Source: Eledone cirrhosa
Taxonomy: Eukaryota
Length of the DNA stretch: 64,000 nt
Reading direction: 5' to 3'
NCBI GenBank assembly: GCA_964016885.1
Contig: OZ024756.1
Span: 14,074,001-14,138,000 of the forward strand
Shown here: positions 1 to 13,054 of the stretch, one piece after another
Position numbering within the stretch: the first letter of the stretch is position 1
Layout of the letters: each line of letters opens with the position of its first letter
The notes under the pieces: generated by a model
What the model was told of the DNA's origin: nothing
What the model saw: the letters and a program-made list of their open reading frames with translations, nothing else
Databases searched by the model: none
Translations under genes and position numbers: made by a program

Positions 1-1341
1 TATAGAGTAATGTAAATGTTATGTGAGATAATTATGTGAGGTAAAGCTTTTACCATGAAAATACAATAGTATATATAGAGTAATGTAAATGTTATGTGAG
101 ATAATTATGTGAGGTAAAGCCTTTACCATGAAAATACAATAGTATATATAGAGTAATGTAAATGTTATGTGAGATAATTATGTGAGGTAAAGCCTTTTCC
201 ATGAAAATACAATAGTATATATAGAGTAATGTAAATGTTATGTGAGATAATTATGTGAGGTAAAGCCTTTACCATGAAAATACAATAGTATATATAGAGT
301 AATGTAAATGTTATGTGAGATAATTATGTGAGGTAAAGCCTTTACCATGAAAATACAATAGTATATATAGAGTAATGTAAATGTTATGTGAGATAATTAT
401 GTGAGGTAAAGCCTTTACCATGAAAATACAATAGTATATATAGAGTAATGTAAATGTTATGTGAGATAATTATGTGAGGTAAAGCCTTTTCCATGAAAAT
501 ACAATAGTATATATAGAGTAATGTAAATGTTATGTGAGATAATTATGTGAGGTAAAGCCTTTACCATGAAAATACAATAGTATATATAGAGTAATGTAAA
601 TGTTATGTGAGATAATTATGTGAGGTAAAGCCTTTACCATGAAAATACAATAGTATATATAGAGTAATGTAAATGTTATGTGAGATAATTATGTGAGGTA
701 AAGCCTTTACCATGAAAATATAATAGTATATATAGAGTAATGTGAATATTATGTGATATATTATGTGAGGTAAAGCCTTTACCATGAAAATATAATAGTA
801 TATATAGAGTAATGTAAATGTTATGTGAGATAATTATGTGAGGTAAAGCCTTTACCATGAAAATACAATAGTATATATAGAGTAATGTAAATGTTATGTG
901 AGATAATTATGTGAGGTAAAGCCTTTACCATGAAAATACAATAGTATATATAGAGTAATGTAAATGTTATGTGAGATAATTATGTGAGGTAAAGCCTTTA
1001 CCATGAAAATATAATAGTATATATAGAGTAATGTGAATATTATGTGATATATTATGTGAGGTAAAGCCTTTACCATGAAAATATAATAGTATATATAGAG
1101 TAATGTAAATGTTATGTGAGATAATTATGTGAGGTAAAGCCTTTACCATGAAAATACAATAGTATATATAGAGTAATGTAAATGTTATGTGAGATAATTA
1201 TGTGAGGTAAAGCCTTTACCATGAAAATATAATAGTATATATAGAGTAATGTGAATATTATGTGATATATTATGTGAGGTAAAGCCTTTACCATGAAAAT
1301 ATAATTGTATATATAGAGTAATGTGAATGCTAAAGGGTTAA
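1..1341. repeat. ~73-bp minisatellite (~18 units, runs off the window) derived from the interior of a piggyBac-type MITE; probably in a PPOX intron
   Basis: Unit ttatgtgagataattatgtgaggtaaagcctttaccatgaaaatacaatagtatatatagagtaatgtaaatg; ends in the MITE terminus aatgctaaagggTTAA. Confidence 0.9.
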
Positions 1342-1436
1342 TACCACATAAAAGCTTCTGGTGCTTTTATGATTCTGGGCTGGACAAGGGGCCGAGATGA
1401 CCAGTTTGGGGGTCAGTTACTCTTCTTTTCTTCTCC

Positions 1437-1980
1437 CACTTATTCCTGAGAGGGTCATAGGGACATAGTCCTCAAACATTCCTTTCAGCGAGTCCCGTCA
1501 GAAACAACTGTCTCCAACTGATCCAGCTAGATCCCCAAGTGAGACCAGCCAAGCTCATGGGATGTTATCCAACCATCTTGCTCGGAGTCTACACTTGGGT
1601 CACCTGCCAGTTGGTTTTGCCAGTAAAATCTGTCCAACGATTCTTTCCTGAGACATTCTAACCACATGCCCATAGTATCAGAGCTGTGACCTCTCAATTC
1701 GGAGAAGTAGTAACTCTCTGATCTCCGAGCAACACACCCTATCGAGTACCGTTACTCCAAAGACCCTTCGGAGGAACCCCATTTTGGCCGCTTGTATTCA
1801 TTATTATATTCTTTCGATCATTACCCAAGATTTATGACCATAGGTAAGAGTTGGTACGCATACCGGATTAAAGATAGCGAGTTTGTCTTTTACACCTACC
1901 TCCCTTCTTCTGATTACCGAATTCTGAAGCTGGAGCATTACTGCACCAGCTCCTGCAAGTCTTGCACTTAATTCAGGGTC
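1437..1980 (-). mobile_element. Decayed RTE-type LINE 3' fragment (related copies at 3490-4075 and 61210-61450)
   Basis: The copies align by eye; the minus strand gives RTE C-terminal-like motifs (LRYYGHV, RPRVDP..RW.DNI). Confidence 0.65.
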
Positions 1981-2664
1981 AGTTTAAAAGTAATATTTTT
2001 GTTGTTGTTGCTGCTTAATCATAGGAAGTAAAGCAGTGGAAGTAATGCCTGTTTTCAGGGCCATAAGACATGAGGGAAGGAAGGTTTCCTCAAACCCCAA
2101 ATCTAGCCTGAATGATTGCAACTGGGTGGACTCTACTAAAGACAACTATGACCTGGCTCAAGTAGTGCTGTTTAACCCTTTAGCATTCAGTCAGCCAGAA
2201 TTGTCTTCCCTCTGTTTGTTCCAGCCAAAACCAGCTCTTTCCACCTATGTTAATATATTGTTCTAAACATAGGATTCACCTTAGAACACTCTGATTAAAA
2301 CGGTTCCTTGTCCCTGCTGGACTTCCAGCTTAGAATAACAGAAGGTACTTTATACACCAACTATAGAAAAACCACCGGCAGAGACCTGTTTGTGCATTAT
2401 AGGTCAGCCAACGCCTGGCTCAGGTGATAGCGTTAAAACCAAGCAACAGATTAAGTCTGCCATTCAATAAAAGCAACAGGCTTCCACATAGTTTCTGTCT
2501 GCCAATTTCCACTCACAAGGCTTTGTTTGAAGTCTGTGTAGTGCCGTACAGTAGGATGAAAACCAAGACTTTTATGTTGCTGGGAGAGCTTCTTAACTAT
2601 ACACAAAACGATCTAATGATAAAAGTATGACTGTGTGATTCAGTGAGAAATAATCAAAATAAAG

Positions 2665-2960
2665 TCTACACACTGTAAATGTGGTTGGTGTTAGGAAGGT
2701 CATCCAGCTGTAAAAACCATGCTCCCAGTACACTCTGTAAAGTGGTTGGTGTTAGAAAGGACATCCAGCCATAGAAACCATGCTCCCAGTACACTCTGTA
2801 AAGTGGTTGGTGTTAGGAAAGACATCCAGCCATAGAAACCATGCTCCCAGTACACTCTGTAAAGACGTTGGTGTTAGGAAGGACATCCAGCCATAGAAAC
2901 CATGCTCCCAGTACACTCTGTAAATGTGGTCAGTGTTAGGAAGGACATCCAGCCATATAA
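2665..2960 (+). repeat. 61-bp tandem repeat (~5 units) within a SINE/RTE-tail-type element
   Basis: ccatgctcccagtacactctgtaaagtggttggtgttaggaaggacatccagccatagaaa at 2717, 2778, 2839 and 2900. Confidence 0.85.
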
Positions 2961-3116
2961 ATCAAGCCAGAAACAGCAAGACACGGTCATCTGGCCTGCT
3001 TTGTCTAACAACGGTACAACTCATCTAACCCATGCTAGCGTGGAAATTGGAAGTTTAATGGTGATGATGATGATGATGATGATAGTCAATCAGTGTTTCT
3101 TTTGTATGTTTTGTAG

Positions 3117-3230
3117 GGATTTGGACATTTATTACCTTCTAAAGAAAGTCGACATTTTCTAGGGATCATCTACAACTCCAGTATCTTTCCATCACATGAT
3201 AGATCAGATAGACTCTCAACAAGGTTTACT
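3117..3230 (+). CDS. PPOX: Protoporphyrinogen oxidase, internal coding exon
   Basis: ttgtag|GGA...ACT|gtaag; 114 bp, phase 0; GFGHLLPSKESRHFLGIIYNSSIFPSHDRSDRLSTRFT resembles the PPOX motif GFGHLVP...LGIVYDS..FP. Confidence 0.92.
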
Positions 3231-4074
3231 GTAAGTTTCTATTTTTATAAACATATTTTTACTTCACCTTTTACCATTTTTTTACCTTTTTTAGCAAATT
3301 TTAGCAATTTTTAAAAACATTTAAAAGAAATATATATATTTGAGATATCATTACCAAAACTAGCAGAAAAACCGCCCTTTGAGCGGTTTTCTGCTTGCAT
3401 ATGAAGTGTACATATTGGTATTATACGCAAATATATATACGCATATAGATATATGTAAATTGTAAAGTAAATTGACAATGTCTTCTTCTTCACCCACTTA
3501 TTTCTGAGAGGGTCGTGGAGGCAGAGTCCTTCTCAAACACTCCTTCCAGTAGGTCTGTAAGTCACAAATATCTCTAACTGATCCAGCTGGATTCCAAAGT
3601 GTGACCAGCCAAGCTCATGAATGTTATCCAACTATCTTGCTCAGGGTCTACCTCTGGGTCTCCTGCCAGTTAGTTTTGTCTGTAAAATCTGTCCAGCGAT
3701 TCTTTACTGAGACACTCTAACCACATGCTCATAATATCGAAGTTGTGATCTCTCAATTTGGAGAAGTAGCGGCTCTACCAGGCGTGACTCTGTGGTCTCT
3801 GAGCTATGCACTTTATCGAGTAACGTTACTCCAAAGACCCTTCGGAGGAATCCCATTTCTGCCACTTTTATTTGCAATTGTATTTATTCTTTTGGTCATT
3901 ACTCAAGATTCATGATCCTCGGTAAGAGTTGACAGAAATACAGGAAGACAGCGAGTTTGGCTTTTACATCTACCCCTTTCATCTGATTGCTGAATGCTGA
4001 AGCTGGTGCATTACTGCATCAGCTTTTGCAATTCTTGCACTTAATTCAGCCTCCTGCATTCCATCACTCATGTG

Positions 4075-4292
4075 CAACGGCTGGAGAGAAATGAAGCAAA
4101 CATGCTCCGTTGGATGTACAATGTCAATGTGCATGAACAAAGAAGCATAGACGAGTTGAGAGAGAAACTGTATAAAAGGGATAGGCTGTAGTATGTGGTA
4201 GAGAAGACTGCGTTGGTATGGACATGCCGTGCTTAATAAGACCTGTCACACCCTTGCAAGCAGGGAAAAGCGGACGTAAAATGATGATGATG
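4075..4292 (+). mobile_element. Short RTE LINE 3' fragment with (GAT)n tail
   Basis: RLERNEANMLRWMYNV motif; ends cccttgcaagcagggaaaagcggacgtaaaatgatgatg like 12635-12680 and 28960-29005. Confidence 0.8.
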
Positions 4293-4505
4293 ATATATAT
4301 ATATATATATATAAGTATTGAAGCTTCCGTTGAAAATTAAAAAAGTCATAGGAGTGAAGAGTGTTCTATGTAAGTACCAGAGCTAAAGAGGAACAAAAAG
4401 ATGCGCACTCTGCATAAGTGAAAAATATTGGATTTTACAGAACCTTAAATCACCAAAAACCTGCCTAAATGCAAAAACAGAAATTTTCACCAGTTGCCCA
4501 CACAT

Positions 4506-4954
4506 GAATGTTATGTGAGATAATTATGTGAGGTAAAGCCTTTACCATGAAAATATAATAGTATATATAGAGTAATGTGAATGTTATGTGAGATAAAGCC
4601 TTTACCATGAAAATACAATAGTATATATAGAGTAATGTAAATGTTATGTGAGATATTATGTGAGGTAAAGCCTTTACCATGAAAATACAATAGTATATAT
4701 AGAGTAATGTAAATGTTATGTGAGATATTATGTGAGGTAAAGCCTTTACCATGAAAATATAATAGTATATATAGAGTAATGTAAATGTTATGTGAGATAT
4801 TATGTGAGGTAAAGCCTTTACCATGAAAATATAATAGTATATATAGAGTAATGTGAATGTTATGTGAGATATTATGAGAGATAAAGCCTTTACTGTGAAA
4901 ATATAATAGTATATATAGAGTAATGTAAGAGTAATGTGAATGCTAAAGGGTTAA
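4506..4954. repeat. Second MITE-derived ~72-bp minisatellite (~6 units)
   Basis: Same unit as 1-1341; also ends in aatgctaaagggTTAA. Confidence 0.88.
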
Positions 4955-5466
4955 AGGGATATTTGTATTATAAAGAATTAATGGTTGTGGCTAGTGTGTG
5001 AAATGGATATAAATAAATAGATGAAAGAATAACTGAAGTAGTTACTACACTAACTATATGGGCTAATGTATACACCAGTACAGTGTATAGTGTGTGAAAT
5101 GAATATAAATATACATGTGCACACACACCACCACCACCACCTCTTCAATATGGGAGAGAGATTATATAGTGTAGTAATGTAGAGAGAGAGAGAGAGAGAG
5201 CAGTGTTATTATATAGTGTAGTAATGTAGAGAGAGCAGTGTTGAAAGGGAGAGAGATTATATAGTGTAGTAATGTAGAGAGAGAGAGAGCAGTGTTATTA
5301 TATAGTGTAGTAATGTAGAGAGAGCAGTGTTGAAAGGGAGAGAGATTATATAGTGTAGTAATGTAGAGAGAGAGTATTTGTGTGTAGTGTAGTGAATCGT
5401 TATAAAAGTGTTGTTTTCTTAGTCTTTTTCTTCTGCCCATTCTCTCATGTTTTCCCTAAAAATCTT

Positions 5467-5683
5467 TTAACCCTTTACCATTCACGTTACACTATATTTA
5501 CTATTATATTTTCATGGTAAAGGCTTTACCTCACATAATTATCTCACATAATATAAAATCTTTGAGATTTTGATATTATTTATTTTGAGAACAATACTCT
5601 AACATCAGTATGAGTGGCTGATTATAGCCAGTTTGAGCAGAAAGAGGTGAGAATTCTCACCAGATACAGCCGGTTTAAATGCA
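5467..5683. mobile_element. piggyBac-type MITE (TTAA-CCCT terminus) with a truncated right end, abutting the PPOX acceptor
   Basis: Starts TTAAccctttaccatt; inverted copy of 62274-62491. Confidence 0.7.
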
Positions 5684-5704
5684 TTTTTTCTCTCAATTTT
5701 CCAG

Positions 5705-5854
5705 GTTATGATGGGTGGCAGCTGGTTTGACCGTTTAAAAGAGGTTTGCCCATCAATGTCTGAAAGTTCTTTAACAAGCCTGGCAGTTGAAACACTAAAC
5801 AAACAGTTGAATGTATCAGGAAAACTATCCAGATCTCATGCCTTCATCCATAAG
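5705..5854 (+). CDS. PPOX: Protoporphyrinogen oxidase, penultimate coding exon
   Basis: ttccag|GTT...AAG|gtatg; 150 bp, phase 0; VMMGGSWFDRL...QLNVSGKLSRSHAFIHK matches PPOX VMLGGSW...HLHK and is in frame with both neighbouring exons. Confidence 0.92.
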
Positions 5855-5929
5855 GTATGTGGTGTACATGGCCATCGCTTTTGTCCAAATTAACAGATGC
5901 TAGTTCTTCATTTATAAAGTAAGTGACTC

Positions 5930-6630
5930 ACAGATGTGTGTCTTATCCAGATGTCATTGGTGCGACATCTGTCTTCTGTCCAGATGTTATTAGTGCACAT
6001 CTGTATACCCTGGCTAGATATCATTAGTAACACACATCTGTGTCTTCTGTCCAGATGTCATTAGTGCACATCTGTATACTCTGGCTAGATATCATTAGTA
6101 ACACACATCTGTGTCTTCTGTCCAGATGTCATTTGTGCACATCTGTATACTCTGGCTAGATATCATTAGTAACACACATCTGTGTCTTCTGTCCAGATGT
6201 TATTAGTGCACATCTGTATACCCTGGCTAGATATCATTAGTAACACACATCTGTGTCTTCTGTCCAGATGTTATTAGTGCACATCTGTATACCCTGGCTA
6301 GATATCATTAGTAACACACATCTGTGTCTTCTGTCCAGATGTCATTAGTGCACATCTGTATACTCTGGCTAGATATCATTAGTAACACACATCTGTGTCT
6401 TCTGTCCAGATGTTATTAGTGCACATCTGTATACCCTGGCTAGATATCATTAGTAACACACATCTGTGTCTTCTGTCCAGATGTCATTAGTGACATGCAT
6501 CTTTTCCCTGTCTATCCAGAGGTCATCAGCTGCACACTTCTGGCTAGATGTTATAAGTAGCACACATCTGTATCTTCTGTCCAGATGTTATCAGTGACAC
6601 ACGTCTGTGTCATTAATATCCAGATGTCAC
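5930..6630. repeat. 71-bp minisatellite (~8 well-preserved units, degenerate flanks) in a PPOX intron
   Basis: cacacatctgtgtcttctgtccagatgttattagtgcacatctgtataccctggctagatatcattagtaa at 6031, 6102, 6173 and onward. Confidence 0.9.
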
Positions 6631-7163
6631 AGATGACCTAAGGTCATCAACTGACACACATCTGGAGCCTGATGAGTCTCTGGATTTGGCACTAATATCC
6701 CTCTACACCAAGGTAAACTTAGAGATTTTGACGCTTGCAAGTTCAATATAATACATACCATACTTTGATTGATGTAATCCACCAATAGCCTGAAAGGTGT
6801 TACTCCAGCATGGCCAGGAACAGTGAAGGAACAAAAGTAATCCAGAAAGTTGTTGTTTTGAGCTTTCCCTTCCTCATTCTTCTGTGACACTACAGTTCTT
6901 GCCATTCCCTCCCTTTTCTCTTTTTTCTTTTTTCTTTATATTTTCCTATTTTACATTCCATTCTTTCTTCTCAATCTAAATTTTCTTTTTTCTTTTTCTA
7001 TGAAACTGTATTTACATGATATATTCCATAAACAAATTATTTATGAAGGTTCGTACATGATTAGAAAATAATCAAAAGTTATTTTAGGAATCTTATGTTG
7101 TCACTAGGTTATGGGAGACTACCATAACTTACTTACCTTCCATCTTCTGTTGTGTCTTTCCAG

Positions 7164-7340
7164 AAATGTATACCACATTATACAGTTGGCTATACAAGCC
7201 GCCTGAATCAGATGAAAACCTACATTGCTAACCACCAGCTACCCCTCAGCCTCATTGGATCATCTTTTGAAGGTCCTGGAATCAACGATTGTATATACAA
7301 CGCTAAAATGTCAGTATTAGCTCACAACACACTAACATAA
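7164..7340 (+). CDS. PPOX: Protoporphyrinogen oxidase, last coding exon
   Basis: ttccag|AAA TGT ATA CCA; KCIPHYTVGY...LPLSLIGSSFEGPGINDCI...TAA matches the PPOX C-terminus CIPQYTLGH...LPLTLAGASYEGVAVNDCI. Confidence 0.93.
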   Translation, partial: KCIPHYTVGYTSRLNQMKTYIANHQLPLSLIGSSFEGPGINDCIYNAKMSVLAHNTLT

Positions 7341-7342
7341 TG

Positions 7343-7572
7343 ATAATAGTTTCGAATACTAAGGCATACTCTGTGGAAGAATGTACCCGCCACAAAAATA
7401 GGTTTGTCGTTAGTGACATCTCAATAAGCAAGAGACAGAATGAGACACACAGAAAGGTCTGGAAGCTAAAAGACCTTCCATTTAAATATAAATTTAGGAA
7501 AGGCCTTCAAGATGTGTATGACGAGAAAAAAGACGAATTAGAATTGTATGACATAGATGATAACTGGAACAA
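7343..7572 (+). mobile_element. RTE LINE fragment (end of the AP-endonuclease domain) immediately after the PPOX stop
   Basis: VSNTKAYSVEECT...KVWKLKDL...YDIDDNWN aligns with 11097-11328. Confidence 0.85.
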
Positions 7573-7686
7573 TATATGTGGGTCTCAGACCTTCTCAAAT
7601 GTTTATATCTATAATATAATGTACATATGAGCCATTGAGGTGTTCTCTGTGGGTCTCAGACCTTCTCAAATGTTTATATAATTACT

Positions 7687-7876
7687 TTAACCCATTAACA
7701 TTTACATTACTCATGAGAAACACTTTATCTTATATAATTATCTCACATAATGTCGAATCTATGAGATTTTGATATTATTTATTTTGAGAACAATACCTTA
7801 ATGTGGGGCCGGTTATGGCCAGTTTCAACAAAAAGAGGTGAGAGAATTATGACCAGTTTAAATGCTAAAGGGTTAA
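7687..7876. mobile_element. piggyBac-type MITE (other copies at 8261-8452 and 59690-59839)
   Basis: TTAAcccattaacatt...aatgctaaagggTTAA: terminal inverted repeats bounded by TTAA. Confidence 0.72.
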
Positions 7877-8849
7877 ACATGACCAAGGAGACTTATAGTA
7901 TGATAGTTTGTGCACTGTTCAATATTGCTTTTCTGTATATATATATATATATATATGTATATATAGTGTGATATCATCACCATTTAACGTCCATTTTTCC
8001 ATGCTAGCATAGAATCGATTTTGGCTTGGTTTCTACAGCTGGGTGCCCTTCCTAGCACCAACCTCATTTACAGTGTGTACTAGGTGCTTATATATATATA
8101 TATACTTCTGCTCTTTACATAATTATGTGTGTGTGTGTATATATAATGCATTGGTGTATCTACACTCACAAATATATGCATGTTTACATATACATACAGT
8201 TGTATGTTTACACCTAATGCTCTCTATTCAGGTATTTTCTTTATGACCCGTCTGTTAGCATTGAACCCTTTAGCCGGATAAGGCCAGAATTCTCTTTTTT
8301 TTCTGTTCAAACTGGCCCCAACACCCATACTGATGTTAAGGTATTGTTCTCAAAATAAATATCAAAATTGCATAGATTCGATATGTGAGATAAAGCCTTT
8401 ACTGTGAAAATATAATAGTAAATATAGAGTAATGTAAATACTAAAGGGTTAATCTAATTCTCAGGGATAAAGTGGGACCTTTAAATAACAGGTACAGTTT
8501 CTGTTTCCTCTATTTCATTCTCAATTTTTACATATTCGTTATGTGAAGGTACTTACACTTATATGCCATAGATTGAAAATATGGCTCCAACTATACATGC
8601 ATTAGTTCCTAGAAATAAAAATCTATTTTTAAAATTGATAAAAATTACATTTTCATAAACAATAAAAATATCAGAGAAATTTAAAAAAATTAATTTTGCA
8701 AACATGTAATTGAATTGAATATCAATTTCCTGGGATGTTCAGTTCAATTCACAGCAAACATCCATTTTAGCAATTTAAAAAAATATATTTTTTTAATATT
8801 TGAAATTACTGGATTGAACTAATTAGCTCCGACAGTTCAATATATCTAA

Positions 8850-9237
8850 TAATTGTTTCTACTTTTGGCACAAGGCCAGCAATTATCCCAGTGCATTACT
8901 GGTACTTTATTTTATCGACTCCTTTAAGGCAACGTTATCCTCGGTGGAATTTGAAGTCAGACCGTAAAGGGCCATACCTCTATGCTGCAAAGCATAGCAT
9001 CCTACCCTCTACCAATACTGCCAATCCACCACCCTTATATATCTAATAATTGTTTATACTTTTTTTGGCACAAGGCCTGCAATTACCCAGTACATTACTG
9101 GTACTTTATTTTATCGACCCCGTAAGGATGAACGGCAAAGTTAACCTCGGCGGGATTTAAACTCAGAATGGCAAAGGCCATAACTCTATGCGTCAAAGCA
9201 TGGCGTCTGACCCTCTACCGATACTGCCAATCCACCG
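8850..9237 (-). mobile_element. Two tandem tRNA-derived SINEs (family 1)
   Basis: Minus strand: A-box-like tggcagtatcggtagag, B-box gagttcaaatccc, body gcctttcatccttacggggtcgataaaataaagtacc; more than 10 copies in the window. Confidence 0.8.
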
Positions 9238-9262
9238 TAACTCTACTAATAATGTGACAAGA

Positions 9263-9560
9263 TCATCATCATTTTATGCTAGCTTTTCCCTGCTTGCAAG
9301 GGTGGGACGGGAACTGATTCTGGCTTGATTTTTACAGTGAGTGCTGGGTGCTTTTTTGCTGTGGCACCTACACGACCACTTTGCAGTGGAATGATATGGA
9401 CCCCAGTCCCTATCATCTCATTTCTAGAGCTGAGTAAACTGGAGCAATGTGAAATAAAGTGTCTTGCTCAAGGAAACAACACATCACCCGGTCTGAGAAT
9501 TGAACTCACAACCTTTTGATTGCAAGGCCAATGCTCTAACCACTAAGCCATGTGCCTCCA
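9263..9560 (-). mobile_element. tRNA-headed SINE (family 2) with RTE-derived tail
   Basis: Inverted near-copy of 13055-13391. Confidence 0.82.
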
Positions 9561-9877
9561 TTACAAGATCACATGTATGTTTATAATGTAGAAGACCATA
9601 TTTGCCTTTATTATGAATTACGTTGTGTTAGTTCTATTGCTGGTCAAGCTTGCATTGTATGTAAATAAATTGTTTTTAACAAAAATTGTTTTACAAAATC
9701 TATAAAACTTTCTATCTGTCTGGTCTGGAGTGAATGATTGTTGACAACTGAAATATATGTATCTACTGCTGAAGGAAGCTGTGACTTGATCAGTAATTTT
9801 GATACTCACAGCAAGACTATATGGTGTGTTTGTTAACATAAACATATCGGCTATGGCTTCATGTATATAATTCCCCT

Positions 9878-10118
9878 CAGTGCCACTTCACGCATGCTCA
9901 CCTCACTCCCACTTCGCGCATGCACACATTAGTTCATTTTCGTGCATGCGCACCTCACTTCCCATTCATGCATATGCATCTCTGTCCCACTTCGCGCATG
10001 CGTACCTCAGTCCCCGTTCGCACATGTGCACCTCAGTCCAGCTTCGAACATGCGCACCTCGGTCCCACTCGCAAATGCGCACATTGGTCCCTGTTCGCGA
10101 ATGCACACCTCGTTCCAG
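9878..10118. repeat. Degenerate ~26-bp CpG-rich tandem repeat
   Basis: cgcatgcgcacctcagtcccacttcg-like units, ~9 copies. Confidence 0.7.
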
Positions 10119-10299
10119 CTTTGTGTGTGTGTTTGTATGCATGAGTGTTGGTGTGTGGGTGGCGTGTGTGTTTGTATGCATGAGTGTTGGTGTGTGTGCC
10201 CTGAGTGTCAATAAGTGTTTTTTTTTATGACCATGCTGTAAAATGGAGGGGTAGAGAGGGCCCATGAGTCCAGTAAGACATCCTCTCTAGTGCTGGTGG

Positions 10300-12682
10300 C
10301 ACAAATAAAAGCACCCAGTCCATGCTGTAAAGTGACGCTGGTGTTAGGAAGGGCATCCAACCAGTGTATCAATGCCAAAACGATTATAAGCACAGCAACA
10401 AGTATATAGGAATAACAAAATAAGAAGACGTCGCATCTCAGAGTTGCAACATATAATGTTGGTACTCTCAGAGGTAGATCAGCTGAAATAGCGGAGACGC
10501 TGGAGAGAAGGCATGTGGTTGTGTGCTGCGTGCAAGATGTGAGATGGAGAGGTGCCTCTGTGAGACTAGTCGCAGGCAAACATCTTAGCTATAAGCTTTT
10601 CTGGGTAGGTAAGGATGATGGGTTAGTGGGAGTAGGCATTTTCCTGGCTGAGAAATGGATCAATAAGACAATAGAGGTAGTTTGAGTTAGTAATCGAATA
10701 ATTAAGCTTAGATTAGTTGTAGGCAGGAGACTACTGACAATCATCTCTGCGTATGCTCCCCAAGCAGGCCTAGACAAAGAAGAGAAAGACTGCTTTTACG
10801 AGCAACTTTTACAAACAACCGCAATGACAGAGGACGGAGACATTGTTATGCTAGCAGGGGACTTCAATGGTCATGTTGGACAGCTCCAGGATGGTTACAC
10901 TGGGGTACATGGTGGGCACGGTTACGGCTCAAGAAATGAAGAAAGAGTGAGACTTCTTGAATTTTGTGATGCAAGTACACTGACTATTTGCAACACTAAC
11001 TTCCAGAAACCTGCCAACCACCTAATAACCTACAAATCAGCCGAGCACATAAGCCAGATTGACTTCTTACTAGTTAGGCAGCGGGACAGGCAGATGGTGT
11101 CTAATACCAAGGCATACCCTGGGGAAGAATGTACCCCACAGCATAGGTTAGTCGTTAGTGATATCTCAGTAAGCAAGAGATGGAATGAGACATACAGGAA
11201 GGTGTGGAGAAGAAAGGTCTGGAAGCTAAAAGACCTTTCACTAAAATACAAATTTAGGAAAGCCCTTCAAGATGTGTATGATGAAAAAGATGATTTAGAG
11301 ACGTATGGCATAGATAATAACTGGAATTTCTTACATGACAGCTTACTGCAGGTTACTGATGAAACTTGTGGTTGGAGCTCTGGTGGTGGAACAGCATGGT
11401 AGATAGGGCCATTAGAGACAACAGACTAGCATGGAAGGCTTGGGAAAAGGGTGGGAGTAGGGAAGGATATACAGCCACTGAGAGAGAAGCTAGACGTCAG
11501 GTGTACTTAGCACGCAGGGAGGCTGAGAGTGGGAGGTTTGCCAATGTTCTGCGACGGGAAGATCAGAGGCGTGTGGTGTTCCACATTGCAAGGCTGTGTG
11601 TCAGTGTAAAGCAGGATGTTGTTGGAGATAAATGTGTCCGGAATGATGCCGGTGTACTTAGTGTCACGAATGATCAGAAAAAGGAGCCTGGAAATGTCAT
11701 TATGAGAGACTGATGAATGTGGAGAACGAATGTGAGAGAGAGAAATTACCCTTGGTAGATCCGACAGAGGGACCAGCTATTGAGATTGACGAATATAGGG
11801 TCCAAGAGACAATTAAGGAAATGAAAAATGGTAAGGCTGCTGGACCATCGGGGATAGTTGCTGAAGGCATCAGGGGATGTAGGCACTAAACTGGTTGCAT
11901 GCGTGATCAATCAAGCTATATATGGTGGTGGCATACCCAAATACTGGTGCAGCAGTATTCTCATAAATTGCTACAAAGGTAAAGGGGATGCTCTGGAGAG
12001 GAGCAATTATAGGGGTATAAAACTGATGGATCAGGTTATGAAAGTGGCAGAAAGGATATTAGCACAACTAATTAGAGAAAGGGTCAAACTAGAGATGCAG
12101 TTTGGTTTTGTGCCCGGGAAGAGTACAACAGATGCCCTCTTCTTAGTGAGACAACTACAAGAGAGGTTCTTAGAGAAGAATAAGCCTCTACACTTAGCCT
12201 TTGTTGACCTAGAGAAGGCCTGTGATAGGGTACCCCGATCTGTCATCTGGTCGTCCCTCAGGAAACTAGGTGTTGAGGAATGGCTTGTGAGGACAGTGTA
12301 AACTTTGTACAGAGGTACTGTCAGTAAAGTCAGGGTAGGAATGGAGTTTAGTGAGGTATTCCAGATAGAAGTAGGAGTACATCAAGGTTCGGTCCTCAGC
12401 CTGCTCTTGTTCATTATAGTCCTCCAAGCCATAACAGACTGAGGTGGTATGGACATGTGATGCGCATGGAGGATGATCGATGGGTGAAGAAGTGCCAGTT
12501 GAAGGAAGACGTGGTAGAGGTAGACCACGAAAAACATGGGCGGAGGTGGTGAGAACAGACCTCAGATCGCTGAAGCTCACGGTGGAGATGACGAAGGACC
12601 GTGACAAGTGGAGAGATGCTGTACTGAATAAGACCCGTCCCACCCTTGCGAGCAGGGAAAAACGGACGTAAATTGATGATGA
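10300..12682 (+). mobile_element. RTE-clade LINE with AP endonuclease and RT; frameshifted, with an internal deletion near 12440
   Basis: ATYNVGTL, SAYAPQ, GDFNGHVG, SQIDFLL, NYRGIKL, QFGFVPGKSTTDA, FVDLEKA; jumps from QAIT to LRWYGHV; (GAT)n tail. Confidence 0.93.
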
Positions 12683-12731
12683 TATATATTTATATATATA
12701 TATATATATACACATACTCTCTATATATACA

Positions 12732-12767
<36 letters not shown>

Positions 12768-13054
12768 TTTATAAGGAAAAGGATATTCAATTTGTATACA
12801 TACATACTATATTCTCTCTCCTTTTCCTCCTGGCCTTTTGATTAATAAAAGGCATTGGGCGCACCCGAACTACACCGATGTCACTGTAATTCAGTGTCAA
12901 AACATCGGATTGGGAAACATTTACAGCTGATGATGGAAACTCCTTTCTCCTCCTGTTCCGTCCTAACCTCCATCCTAAACCTTGTTTTTAGTAACCACAC
13001 AGCTCCTTTCGTTTCATATCATTTTGTGTATATATATCTATCTATCTATATATA

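Noticed and set aside
12870-12945. Hammerhead-like ccgatgt-cactg/cagtg-tc-aaaac and ctgatgatggaaac
   Set aside because: The first has several core substitutions and the second lacks helices II and III; at most a fossil.
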